Under the pieces are notes generated by a model, which was given only the letters and a program-made list of their open reading frames with translations, was not told the DNA's origin and made no database searches. The position numbers and the translations under genes were made by a program. From positions 2,356,001-2,420,000 of the forward strand of contig NC_042999.1 in NCBI RefSeq assembly GCF_006345805.1: a DNA stretch of 64,000 nucleotides, given 5' to 3'. This DNA is from Octopus sinensis. Its lineage: Eukaryota. This document shows, one piece after another, positions 51,838-64,000 of the stretch. The stretch's first letter is position 1. Each line of letters starts with the position of its first letter.

Positions 51838-52512
51838 GAAATTTATAGAAAAACAAAAGACAAAGACACCATTTACCAAATCCACTCACAAGGCTTTGGT
51901 CAGCCCAAGGCTATATAGTAGATGACACTTACCCAAGGTGCCACACGGTGGGACTGAACCTGAAACCATGTGGCTGAGAAACAAGCTTCTTACCACACAG
52001 CCTATAATATATTAGGAGTTAATAAATATATCAGTTAGTGTGGTGATGTTATTGACAGTAATGATGCTGGTGATGTTTATGATGGTGGTGATGTTGGTGT
52101 TAGAGGGACATTTCTTTACAATCCAAAGAAAATGAAAAAGTGAAAAAACAGATTCTGCTAATATATATGTTCCTAACTTTTTTTTTCTCCTATGACAACT
52201 TATATTTTTTTCTGTCAGACATATGCCATTTTGAATCAAAAGCAAAAATAAATAAATAAATAAATATTATGAAATATAAATAATAAATAAATAAATAAAA
52301 AGTTACACACATACATATATATATATACATATATATACAAATATATATACACACATATTTATATGAATATATAAATATATATATATACATGCATATATAG
52401 ATATATATACATATATATATGAATATATATATATACATATATATATACATATAAATAAATATATATACATATATATATATTTATGTATATTTATATATAT
52501 ATATATATATTA

Positions 52513-52551
<39 letters not shown>

Positions 52552-52630
52552 ATATATTTAAATATATATTTAAATACATGCATATATATTTAAATATATA
52601 TTTAAATATATATATACATATATATATTTA

Positions 52631-52682
<52 letters not shown>

Positions 52683-53419
52683 CATATACATATATATATA
52701 TATATATAAATATACATAAATATATATATATATACATATATATCCATACATATATACATATATACATATATACATACATATATATATACATACATATCTA
52801 TATGTGTATATATATATGTATACACACAAACACACACACATGTATGCATGTATATTTAAATAAATGACTAGTTTGGATTTCATCACACCTAAACTCTAGT
52901 GATTTTACTGGATATATAAAGAAAATATCGAATGATATCTATTTTATTTTATATGTTATTTTTGTATTTTATCATTCAATTTTATTTTATTTTCAATAAT
53001 TTTGAGCTGTCCAATGTTTTGACATAATTTCTAATAAAAATTTTATGTTTTTACATTGGTAACAAGTTATGGTGAGAGACAGGTATATATATATTTTTTT
53101 GTATATATTCCTTTTATTTGAATGAAAAAAAAATATTGGTTTTTGCGTTATCTACATTCATTTCAAATTTTTTCCTATTCCTGATTATTATAATTTCTTC
53201 AAGATAATAATTTTGAATTAAAACAGGTTGAGTAAATATCAGAATAAATTTTCAATGAAAAAAATAATTTCACTATAAAAAAAAAAGACAAACATCATTA
53301 TATTGAATTTCACAAAATGTTAGATTATCTTTTAATTGTTAACTTTAATTAGGAATCTGTTCTTAATCACAGAATTTGATTGATTGAATTATATATATGT
53401 TATTACATATATTTTTTAT

Positions 53420-53810
53420 TCTTTTACTTTTTGCAGTCATTTGACTGCAGCCATACTGGAGCATGAGCTTTCGTCGAAGAAACTGAACCCAGTGCTTATT
53501 CTTTGTAAGCCTAGTACTTATTCTATCAGTCTCTTTTGCTGATCGGCTAGATTACGGGGATGTAAACACACCAACATAGGTTATCAAGTGACGGTTAGGA
53601 GGACAAACACACACACAAACATATAGATACATACATATATATACAACAAGCTTCTTTCAGTTTCTGTCCCCCAAATCCACTCACATGGTTTTGGTGAGTT
53701 TGAGGCTATAGTAGAAGATACTCTCCCAAAGTACCACATAGTGGGACCAAGTGCAGAACCATGTGGTTGGAAATCAAGGTTCTTGCCACACAGCTACGCC
53801 TGCACCTATA
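53420..53810 (-). mobile_element. SINE A
   Basis: Reverse complement of family A. Confidence 0.85.
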
Positions 53811-54199
53811 TATATATATATCGTCAGTACTTGATATATCCAAAAAAAGCATATTCTAAACCATTAAATCAGTAATATAGAGCAGGGACTTATATAAATG
53901 GGTGCAAAGAATGTCGGGTTTGCTTGACAGAGAGAGCAAGAATCCAGAAAACTTGCTTATTCTGGGGACCTTTTTAACTCTAGGAAAGAAGCTTTAGTCA
54001 ATGCCCTCATCTTAAAAGTATTCCATGGCATTACCTTAGGATATCACTACAGTCAAAACCAATGTAAGGGGGATAACCCCATCTCAGCTATAACACCTGC
54101 AGCATGGATAAATAATTTTTGTTTACAAAAATAACTGACCATCATGTTCCTAGAAGAAAATTACTTACTGACTGACCCAACAGCTCCTGCAACACTACA

Positions 54200-55390
54200 A
54201 TTGGGTGTTAAAACAGCTGCTGAATGACTCAAGCATGGATGTGATATATCTCAAATTTGCAAAAGCCTTTGACAAAGTTGACTATGGTATGATATGTCAC
54301 AAACTGCATGATCTTGGCATATGCGGAAAACTTGGAGAATGGCTGCACAACTTTCTAAACTTTCAGACATGCCCTCGGTTGCTCAGATAGCTACCCTTGC
54401 TAGCTATGCAGATGACACAAAAGACTCTCAGACAATACAAAATCCTGGAAATATTACACATCTGCAACAGGAGTTGGATGCAATATACAGGTGGGCTGAG
54501 GACAACAACATGCAGTTATTAAACTGCATGGAAAATTCTAGGCCCTACACTACTAACACACAAAGCTAAACAACATGCAGACAGGATACATTGACCCAGG
54601 AGGAATTGACATCCCTGAATCAAAATCAGTGCATGACCCGGGCACTGACATGTGCAATGATGCATCTATCCAAGTGCATATTACCAATCTGGTAATAAAA
54701 TGCAGATGGCTGGCTGGCTGGATCCTCTGAACTTTCAAAACATGCAAAAAGGAGACACTGATGATCCTTTGGTGGACATACATTCTCAGCTGCTTAGACT
54801 ATTGCTCCCAACTATGGTTACCACACAATAAAAAATCCATGGCAGACCTCGAAGCAATCCAGTGAAGCTACACTAAGAAAATTGTCTCGATGCAACATTT
54901 TAGCTACTGGGAAAGACTGAAAGAATTAAAACTCTTCTCCTTGGAATGAAGGCAGTAGAGATATGCAGTGATATACATCTGGAAAATCCTAGAAGGCCTT
55001 GTACCAAACTTTGGCATTGAAAGTTATTCAAACTGCAGAACAGGGCGCCAATGCATAGTGCCAAGGATCCCAGCATCACCATCAAAATACAGGACCAGAT
55101 ACTGCAACAGCTTGGGCTTCAAGGGTCCACAGCTCTTTAATATCCTTTCAAAATGCATGAGAGACCTGCATGGTGTGGATGCAAGTGTCTGTCTTTAAAA
55201 CAAAACTGGATCTCTTCTTGTTATGGGTTCCAGACGAGCCTACCTCGTGACAGGAAACACAGATGAGGGCAGTGACATCAAACTCCCTCATTGACCAAAT
55301 GATACATATTAGAGAAGGTTCCAAGTAATGGTATAGCTCAGTCAATGGTGGCGCTCCAGCATGACTGCAGCTTTGCAGCTGAAACACTTA
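54200..55390 (+). mobile_element. CR1-clade LINE, degenerate RT and 3' end
   Basis: DVIYLKFAKAFDKVDYGMICHKL, SYADDTK, SYWERLKELKLFSLE, YIWKILEGLVPN and SLGFKGPQLFN, with stops and frameshifts. Tail GGCGCTCCAGCATGACTGCAGCTTTGCAGCTGAAAC. Confidence 0.9.
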
Positions 55391-56444
55391 AAATATATAT
55401 CATCATCATCATCAATTAACGTCCATTTTCAGTGCTAGCACGGGTTGGATGGTTCGACTGGGGTCTGGGAAGCCAGGAGGCTGCACAAGGCTCCACTCTG
55501 ATCTGACAGTGTTTCTACAGCTGGATGCCCTTCCTAACGCCAGCCACTCTGTGAGTGTAGTGGTTGCTTTTTACGTGCCACCAACACAGGTGCCAAGTGA
55601 GGCTGGCAACGGCCACAATCAGTTTGTGCTTTTTACGTGCCACCAGCATGGAAGCCAGTTGAGGTGGCACTGGCAATGGCCACATTCAGATGGTGCTTTT
55701 TACGTGCCACTGGCACAGGTATCACAACTACAATTTCCATTGATTTTTTTTTATCGATATATATATATATATACATACACATTTCCTGGCAAAAGTTTTC
55801 ACTCTCAATAAGTAGCAAAGCCAAACATAAAAAGAACCAATAAGCATTTGAGTTAAAATTTTTTCACCATATAACATGTGTGTTCGTGTGTGTGTGTGTG
55901 TGTGTGGTGTGTGTGTGAAGAATGGGTTTTCTTGTATTACATATACTCCATGAATTATACTTGCTTCAACAGTGTGTGTGGGTGACAAAGATATACCATG
56001 GTGGAAGAAAGCTTTCCAGACTTTCTGCTTGTTTGAAAATGATGCTTCCACTGAAGGAATTCACCTTCATACAAATTTTACCCCATTTGCAGGAATGCTG
56101 CCTGGGGTAAAATGCCTGGATTACCTGATCCCCACTCAATTACTGCATATTTATAAACACACCTGTACACATACTTGCGTCTTTGTTGTCTATATCTATC
56201 ACTCTGCTTACCTATATATCAACATTTTACATATCTATCCAAACATACACACACATGAGCATATAAATATGTACATATATATATATATAGGAGAGGAAAA
56301 ATTATAAAAAGGCAGAATGCTAAATTGAAGGTAAAATTTTAATTTTAACTCCTCACCCTCAGCAAGGAGTTATTATTTTTTAAATTTTCCATACACCTAT
56401 CATTTCTCCACATGTGGTCAACACAACCCCACCTTTTATTGATT

Positions 56445-56492
<48 letters not shown>

Positions 56493-56716
56493 CACCCATA
56501 TATGTAGATATGTGTATGCATGTATATATATATATATATATACATATATATACATATATATATATGCATGTATATATATATATATATGTATATGTATATA
56601 TATATGTATATATATATATGTATATATATATGTATATATATATATATACATTTATATGTATACATATATGTATATACATGTGTATATATGTGTATCTATC
56701 TATCTGTCTATCTATC

Positions 56717-56837
<121 letters not shown>

Positions 56838-57212
56838 CATAAAAACACAGACATATATGATGTAAATTAATATTGCATATCAATTGTATATTCTAAGACT
56901 CTCGCAGTATATCATGGAGAGCATGAGAAACAGGGTTTGAGAGAAATATATGGCTGGCTGCACAGGATGATGTGAATGTTATAACGAAAGAAGAAATTTT
57001 ATATGATTGGGTGTAGGAAGGTGGAAAAATTAACATGTTTGCAAATGTTAACCTTTGGGTATAGAGCTTGATCAAATTCATAGATTAATTGTTCCTGTTG
57101 AAGGGAAATCTTATACTGAATATTCTTCACCAATGCCAACCAAGATACCTCTCTCTACCTTCTACTTATAAACATGCTAACACAGGAACACATAAATAAA
57201 TAAGAACATATA

Positions 57213-57267
<55 letters not shown>

Positions 57268-57734
57268 GTGTGTGTGTGTGTAAGGAGGTGCAATGGCCCA
57301 GTGGTTAGGGCAGCAGGCTCGCAGACATGGGATTATGGTTTCTATTCCCAGACCACAGGTTGTGAGTGTTTATTAAGCAAAAACACCTAAAAGCTCCACA
57401 AGACTCTGGCAGGGGGTGGTGGCAACCCCTGCTGTACTTTTTCACCACAATTTTCTCTCATTCTTTCTTCCTGTTTCTGTTGTATCCGTATTTCAAAGGG
57501 GCCACCCTTGTCACACTCTGTGTCATGCTGAATCTCCCTGAGAACTACGTTAAGGGTACAACAGGATAAACAAGAGTTTATCAGGAACCAATGTTCTCCC
57601 CATTTCCCAATTACTTATATATATATACAGAAACATATATACATACACTGGCGGACAGGCTCTAGGGGCCCACTCGCAACTACAATGCTATTATTCATTT
57701 TATTTTTTCTGTCAAACGTATTCTTTCCAACTGT

Positions 57735-58080
57735 CTTTAGTCGAGCAAATTGACCCCCAGGACTTATTCTTTGAAAGCCTAGTGCTTATTCTATCAGTCT
57801 ATTTTGCCAAACTGCTAAGTTACGGGGACATAACCACACCACCACTGGTTGTCAAGTAATGTTGGGTTGACAAACACAGACACAAACATATACACACACA
57901 TACATATATACATATATACGACAGGCTTCTTTCAGTTTCCATCTACCAAATCCACTCACAAGGCTTTGGTCGGCCTGAGACTATAGTAGAACACACCTGC
58001 CCAACGTGCCACACAGTGGGAATGAACGCAGAACCATGTGGTTGGTAAGCAAGCTACTTACCACACAGCCACTCCTGTGT
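57735..58080 (-). mobile_element. SINE A lacking its tail
   Basis: Reverse complement of family A. Confidence 0.85.
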
Positions 58081-58134
58081 CTATATACAAATATATATAT
58101 ATATCTTCACCCATTTCCTTCCGTTCATTCAAAA

Positions 58135-58340
58135 TGTGACCTCGTGTGTACCGTTGACGATTTTTTATCCCTCTGTCTTCCCTTCTCTGGATCTTTCCTT
58201 CTCCTATGTTTCCGACAAAGAGCTCCACTTGAAACATTAAACCCTCCTTCTTTCCTGAGCGTCCAATAATACTATATTTGTTCCATGTCCTTGCATTGCT
58301 GTGTTTTTTTGTGCTTTCATGTTTGGATTAACTTTATATA
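58135..58340 (+). mobile_element. Solo pLTR-like remnant, same family as 50909-51105
   Basis: Shared sequence GTGTACCGTTG…CTGGATCTTTCCTTCTCCTATGTTTC…TTTCATGTTTGGATTAACTTTATAT. Degenerate HHR at 58208-58242. Confidence 0.6.
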
Positions 58341-58419
58341 TATGTAAATATTTATCTGTCAACTGATCTATCATGCTATATCTTCTACCACTCTATCTAT
58401 ATATATGTGTATATATTCT

Positions 58420-58810
58420 TTTATTTGTTTCAGTCATTTGACTGCAGCCATGCTTGAGCACCACCTTTAGTTGAACGAATCAACCACAGGACTTATTGTT
58501 TGTAAGTGTAGTACTTATTTGATTGGTTTCTTTTGCTGAACTGGTAAGTTACGGAGACGAAAACACACCAACATTAGTTGTCAAGCAATGGTGGGCTGGG
58601 ACAAACACAGACACACAAATACATACATATGTGTATGTATATTTATATATATATATATATATGACGGGCTTCTTCCAGTTTCCGTCTACCACTCACAAGG
58701 CTCTGGTCAGCCTATACTAGAACACACTTGCCCAAAGTGCCATGCAGTGGAACTGAATCCAAAACCATGTCAATGGGAAACAAGTTTTTACTACAAAGCC
58801 ACTCCTGTGC
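58420..58810 (-). mobile_element. SINE A
   Basis: Reverse complement of family A. Confidence 0.85.
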
Positions 58811-58853
58811 TCCTGTGTCCTATATATATATATATATACACATACATATAGAC

Positions 58854-58886
<33 letters not shown>

Positions 58887-59486
58887 ATATATTGAATAAA
58901 GCTACAAACACATCACAAAACTGTTACTCAGAGTTTCACATTCCCATTCGTCAGACAGTTTTGGTTGACAGTATTATTTCTTCGACCTTGTTTCACATTT
59001 TTGTGCTTATTCTGATGTATATATATAAAAACACACACATACATATATATTTACACATATGCACACACACACATACACAGACACAAACATATATATATCC
59101 ATACATATATTTATATACACAAGCATATAAAATTGAAAACCACAAATATTTATGATCACCGAAATATCCGCTCAGACAATGGATGTGTGACCATCAAAAC
59201 CAGCAGCAAGAAACTTCAGCTAAATCTCCCCCAGAGAACATGGTGTGTTTTAAAGAAACAGGCACAATTGACAATTGATTCTGGGGTTATAGGTTTCGTA
59301 AAATAAATAATGATGGGATAATCAAAGCTAGAAAAACTTTGATCATAGGTCTGCTTCATTAGATCCCTCTTGGTGCTAAGCTATAATTAGAATGCCAATA
59401 CTCATGTATTCATACACAGACTCACACATACACACACATATATATATATATACACACAGATACATATATATACATACATATATAAT

Positions 59487-59536
<50 letters not shown>

Positions 59537-59656
59537 GACATACATATAGGAATACATATATATATAGAGAGATAGATAGATAGATAAATAGATAAATAGA
59601 TAGATAGATAGATAGATCTATACACATGCATACATATATATATATATATATATATA

Positions 59657-59880
59657 TTGGTAAAAACGGTAAGATAACAAAAGAAAGAAAGAGACCTCAA
59701 TATTATGTAAATAGAGGAAATTTATCTGTAAAATAATATGTGACAATTATTCAATAGCCAAGATAAAACTCTGAGTTTCGGATGCCGAGGTGGAAATCCA
59801 CAACACCATCTCTTCGGTTATCTGGCTATCTGAAAAACGCTATGTAAAAAGACTGTTATATAAAGGGAAATTACTGTATT
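59657..59880 (-). mobile_element. Solo pLTR-like remnant with hammerhead (59755-59828)
   Basis: Abuts (AT)n. Minus strand: TAGCCAGATAA CCGAAGA GATG…CATC C GAAA C TCAGA G T T TTATCT(T)GGCTA, giving an 11-bp stem I with one bulge. The right end is approximate. Confidence 0.6.
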
Positions 59881-60215
59881 ATAATTCCACTACTTATATA
59901 AAAGTGCTAATCTAATGACTGCTAATTAAAATAAGATTAAAAGTTCATAGTAAACACATAAGCATGCCTACTCATATGCTCACATGTGCGCTCGCGCACA
60001 CACATGCATACGTATACATCACTATGAAAATGTACACATCTTCACTTGCATTTTTCGCCAAATGTATACGCATATATATATACAAACCCATATACACACA
60101 CGTGCACCATAAAAGTTCATACATATGTCTATATACGCACAAGCACAATAAAAACATGGTTAAAGGTAACCATGCAGGAATAAACAATTGTGCCCGCTAA
60201 ATGGAGCTTCCATGT

Positions 60216-60779
60216 CCCTTGTGAGTGATGTTCTAGTTTCGACATTGTAGGATAGTTATCTGATTCGGATGTAGACAGTTCTGATTCGAAGTCGGATGTA
60301 GAGGGTTCGTTAGACACAGTGTCAGACGACTGTTGTTATCGTTAGGCCTAACTCATCGTAAAGTCAATACCACCATGACCAGTATCAAAACTACAGTGGA
60401 GAAGGCTAACCACTAGATTTGGTTAAAAAGAGATGATGAGCGATGGCTAGAAGGATATTGAGCTTTATTTGATAACCAGCTGATCTAGCAAGCGGAGCCT
60501 CATATCAGTGAGGGGGCTGGTGCGCATTGATGCCGTCAAGAGGTAGGCCCTAGAACAGCGCACATTTTCTCCTGATGACCCCATACACTTGCTGGCTTCC
60601 GGTATGTGGAGCTTTTGACTGGTAGCGCTTGCATGTGCAAGTTGTTTGCAATGCATCAACAAGACAAAAATGCAAGGTCTGCCCCATCTTATTTTCAGTA
60701 TAATGGGGCCAGTCTTGGTTACATCCCCTTGTGAGTGATGTTCTACTTTCCACATTGTAGGATAGTTGTTATCTGATTC
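60216..60779 (-). mobile_element. LTR with short internal segments (TRIM-like remnant)
   Basis: Minus strand: purine tract AAGGGGA, then TGTAACC (60723), then AATAAA in the LTR. The ~51-bp segment before the purine tract occurs twice (60216-60266 and 60726-60779). Another piece of this LTR lies at 30772-31029. Confidence 0.55.
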
Positions 60780-62714
60780 ATATGAAAGGGGAAAAGTTTA
60801 AGTGATTTCCACCACTAGAAGGAGGTATATGTGGAAGTAGAAAGATTCACATAATAAATAATTCAGAGAAACCAACAGAGTTGCTCACATTTTTGGATAG
60901 GCTGAATTCATGTTTATTTTAGCAATATTACTTTTCTGAAATGTTAACCGAGTATTTGTAGATTTTTAAAAAAAGTATGTTTTTCACAACATTTTAATTG
61001 ATATAATGTTCATTTGTTTCCAGGTGTCATAAACTTAATTGTCTGGAAAATTTAAATGGTTATTACACTAACTAATTACAATTCATTGTGCCCACCATGC
61101 CATATAATGTTTAGCCAATTTGTCAGACAAAGCAGGACATAATATATTTTTCTGTTCTTTTCTTTTTCAATTTTTTTTTTTTTTTGCAGGGTGATGTGAT
61201 ACGGAATGGTTATCCAGCCTTATCCTCAACAAGTTACCAATTCTAACCAAACACCAATAACTCAGTTTGGTTACATTCAGCAACAAATAACTTTGCAAGC
61301 TGATGGCATTAGCCATTAAGACGACTATGGATCAATGGGATTAGTTCCAGATCAGTTCCAGTGAAAGACATTTTTAACTGAAGAATGCACTCACATATTT
61401 CATTTTAAAACTTTACAAATATCATTTGCCGGATTCTTCTTTCCACAATGGTTTCGGGAACCAGGAGACAATATTACACATCATGTGTGGAAAATAAATC
61501 ATGTAAACCTGAGACAACAAGATTCTTCCATGCTTCCACTCAAATGTTCTTCCTTGTTTCATTGTAAAGAAACCATGTTTTTATTTGAAGCTAATGCAGA
61601 GTGAGTGTGTGTATGTGTGAGTTGGAGTGTGTGTGTGTGTGTGTGTGTTGGTGTGTATGTGCGTGTTGGTGTGTGCATAAATATATATATGTATGTATGT
61701 GTGTATGTATGTATGTCTATATGTGTGCAAGTGTGTGTATGTGTATTGGTGTGTGTGTGTGTATTTGTGCATGTGTGTGTGTGTTGGCGTGTGTGTGCAT
61801 CTTGGTGTGTATGTGTTGGTATGTGCATAAATATATATATGTATATATGTATGTATGTAAATGTATGTGTGTGTATGTATGTATGTATGTGTATATGTGT
61901 GCAAGTGTGTATATGTGCACGCGCATGTGTGTGTGTGTGTGTTAGTGGGATGTAGAAACGATGGAGGAATGCATGACCATTATCTATTTCAGTACCTCTA
62001 CATTTTGAGTTCAAATGTCTTGGAGGTCAAACTTGACTTTCATCTTGCTCTCCCACCTCTCTCTCTCCTGCTCTCCCCCTCTCTCTCCCCCTCTCCCTCT
62101 CTCTCATTCTCTGTGCTTCTCTGTGATTGATAAAATATGAACTTACTGCCATACTCTGGAGTTATAATTCAATCAAGTGTAGCCCTGACCCTGGAATGTG
62201 TGACCTTCGTTCTGTGTGAGAACTAATTATTATTGCAGACAATGCATTAGCAGAAACATTAGAATACCAAACTTTTCTCATACACACACCACACACACAC
62301 ACACACACAGAGGAAAAACAAGTAAGCATATATATATGTATGCATGTGTGAGTATATATGTATGTATGTATGTATGTATATATGTATGCATTTATGTATA
62401 CATATATATATACATGTATATGTATATATAAATACATATATACATGTATATGTATGTATATATATAAATATATACATACATGTGTATGTATGTATATATA
62501 TATATATATATATTTACATGTGTGTGACAAAGGTGTTAAGAAACACCTCATTGCTAGAAATAAGAGGTGTTTCTGAACACCCTTGTCACACTTAGTGACA
62601 ATCATAATTCTCCTTTTCGGTGAAGCATTAGAACCTGCTGTTTATATTAATGATATAAACATACATACATATATATTTTGGGTATGGTAAATGAGTTCAG
62701 CAAAATTTAGATTC

Positions 62715-63127
62715 AGTTGGTAAGCAGCTTGCTTACCAACCACATGGTTCTGGGTTCAGTCCCTCTGTGTGGCACTTTGGGCAAGTGTCTGCTACTATAG
62801 CCTCAGGCCGACAAAAGCCTTGTGTGTGGATTTGGTAGATGGAAACTGAAAGAAGCCCGTTGTGTGTGTATATATATTATATATATATATATATGTACAT
62901 GTATGTATATGTTTGTGTGTCTGTGTTTGTACCCCCAACATCATTTGACAACTGATGCTGGTGTGTTTACGTCCCCATAACTTAGCAGTTCGGCAAAAGA
63001 GACCGATAGTATAAGTACTAAGCTTACAAAGAATAAATCCTGGGGTCGATTTGCTTGACTAAGGGCGGTGCTCCAGCATGGCCACAGTTAAATGACTGAA
63101 ACAAGTAAAAGAGTAAAAGGAGTAAAA
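62715..63127 (+). mobile_element. SINE A
   Basis: Family A body and GTAAAAGA-type tail. Confidence 0.9.
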
Positions 63128-63789
63128 GATTATATCAAAATAAGCAACAAAGATATCCAGAATTCTATGTCTTATGCAGCTGAGGATTGCTCTGCATTTA
63201 AATTGATGTAATGATTGCGTTGTTCAATTAAATGGAATTACATGAAACGATCGTACTGCATTACCTATGGATATCCTTGTTGAAATTGTATGGATAATAC
63301 CGTACTAAATTCTGGTGGTTGGAAAGCAAGCTTCTTACCACACAGCTGCACCAGCACATAAATTTTAACAACTACATCTTATATGGACCCTCAAGGGCCT
63401 CGGGTGAAAATCACTGTTACAGAAGGTCTCCAAGCTTTTTACATCACTAATCACTTTATAGTCCACACCAAAGGATTTTTGTTTAGCCCAAGGCCAAACT
63501 GAACATGCACATTTATAGCAGTGACCAGCAAATCTTTCTTTTGTACCAGGGAATGCATTTCCATTTTCCAAAGTGAGCTTTGATTTTCTTTAACATTTTA
63601 AAAATGATTAGACATGATTTGAGATAGAATTAGCTGTAATTTCTCAAGATACCTTTGTTCTTGTCATTGTTGTTGCCATCATGAATACTTGTTCTTGTAA
63701 ATTCTAATTGCCTCAGATGAAGTTTGTGTTTTGTTCCCATCACTGAAGTTATCTTTCTTATTCCATTATTTCATTGTCATTGATGTTGT

Positions 63790-64000
63790 TTGTTGTTGTT
63801 CTTCTTTTTCTTCCAGTCCTCTTCTATCTACTCCCTTCCTCTTCTTCCTTCTCCCATCCTCCTCTTCTTCCTTCTTCGGTCCTCCTCTTCTTCCACACCC
63901 CTCTCTTCCTCATTCCCTCCTCCTTCTTCTTCCTTTTCTCTTCTACCTCTTCTCTTCTTTTCTCCTTCCTCTTCTCGTATTCATTCTCTTCTTTTTCTTT
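63790..64000. repeat. Polypyrimidine (CTT/CCT-rich) low-complexity tract
   Basis: Directly visible; it runs off the end of the window. Confidence 0.95.

Noticed and set aside
63365-63571. 68-aa Cys-containing ORF (similar unassigned ORFs at 1203-1391, 3406-3588, 4711-4908 and 13387-13624)
   Set aside because: No recognisable domain or convincing splice pair. ORFs of this length occur by chance.

Overview
AT-rich eukaryotic DNA dominated by microsatellites and transposable elements. The recurring SINE families look like those of octopus (inference from recognising the repeats, not from a database search). I can support no intact host gene. Nearly all ORFs in the supplied track are artefacts of (AT)n, (CA)n, (GATA)n or (CAT)n tracts. 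The main coding feature is a 5'-truncated Penelope-like retroelement (PLE) at about 35.45-38.86 kb on the minus strand. It has an RT frame and a C-terminal GIY-YIG frame, is inactivated by a frameshift and YRDD->YRND, and is flanked by inverted 225-bp pseudo-LTR copies that each hold a well-formed minimal hammerhead ribozyme (HHR). Reading both strands shows further HHR or pLTR remnants from several unrelated families, usually beside (AT)n tracts. One has an intact core in a perfectly duplicated 444-bp mini-element. A 1.56-kb minisatellite has a 40-bp unit that maps onto a hammerhead catalytic core and starts from an inverted G3:C8 core variant. Also present: a 5S-rRNA-headed SINE-like element with a CR1-type tail, and five tRNA- or LINE-tailed SINE families (labelled A-E here; I cannot assign published names reliably). 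There are fragments of CR1, RTE and R4-like LINEs, piggyBac/Tigger/hAT MITEs, a Helitron, a mariner remnant, an LTR/TRIM-like remnant and several fold-back elements. All coordinates were read by eye; the ends of degenerate repeats are approximate.
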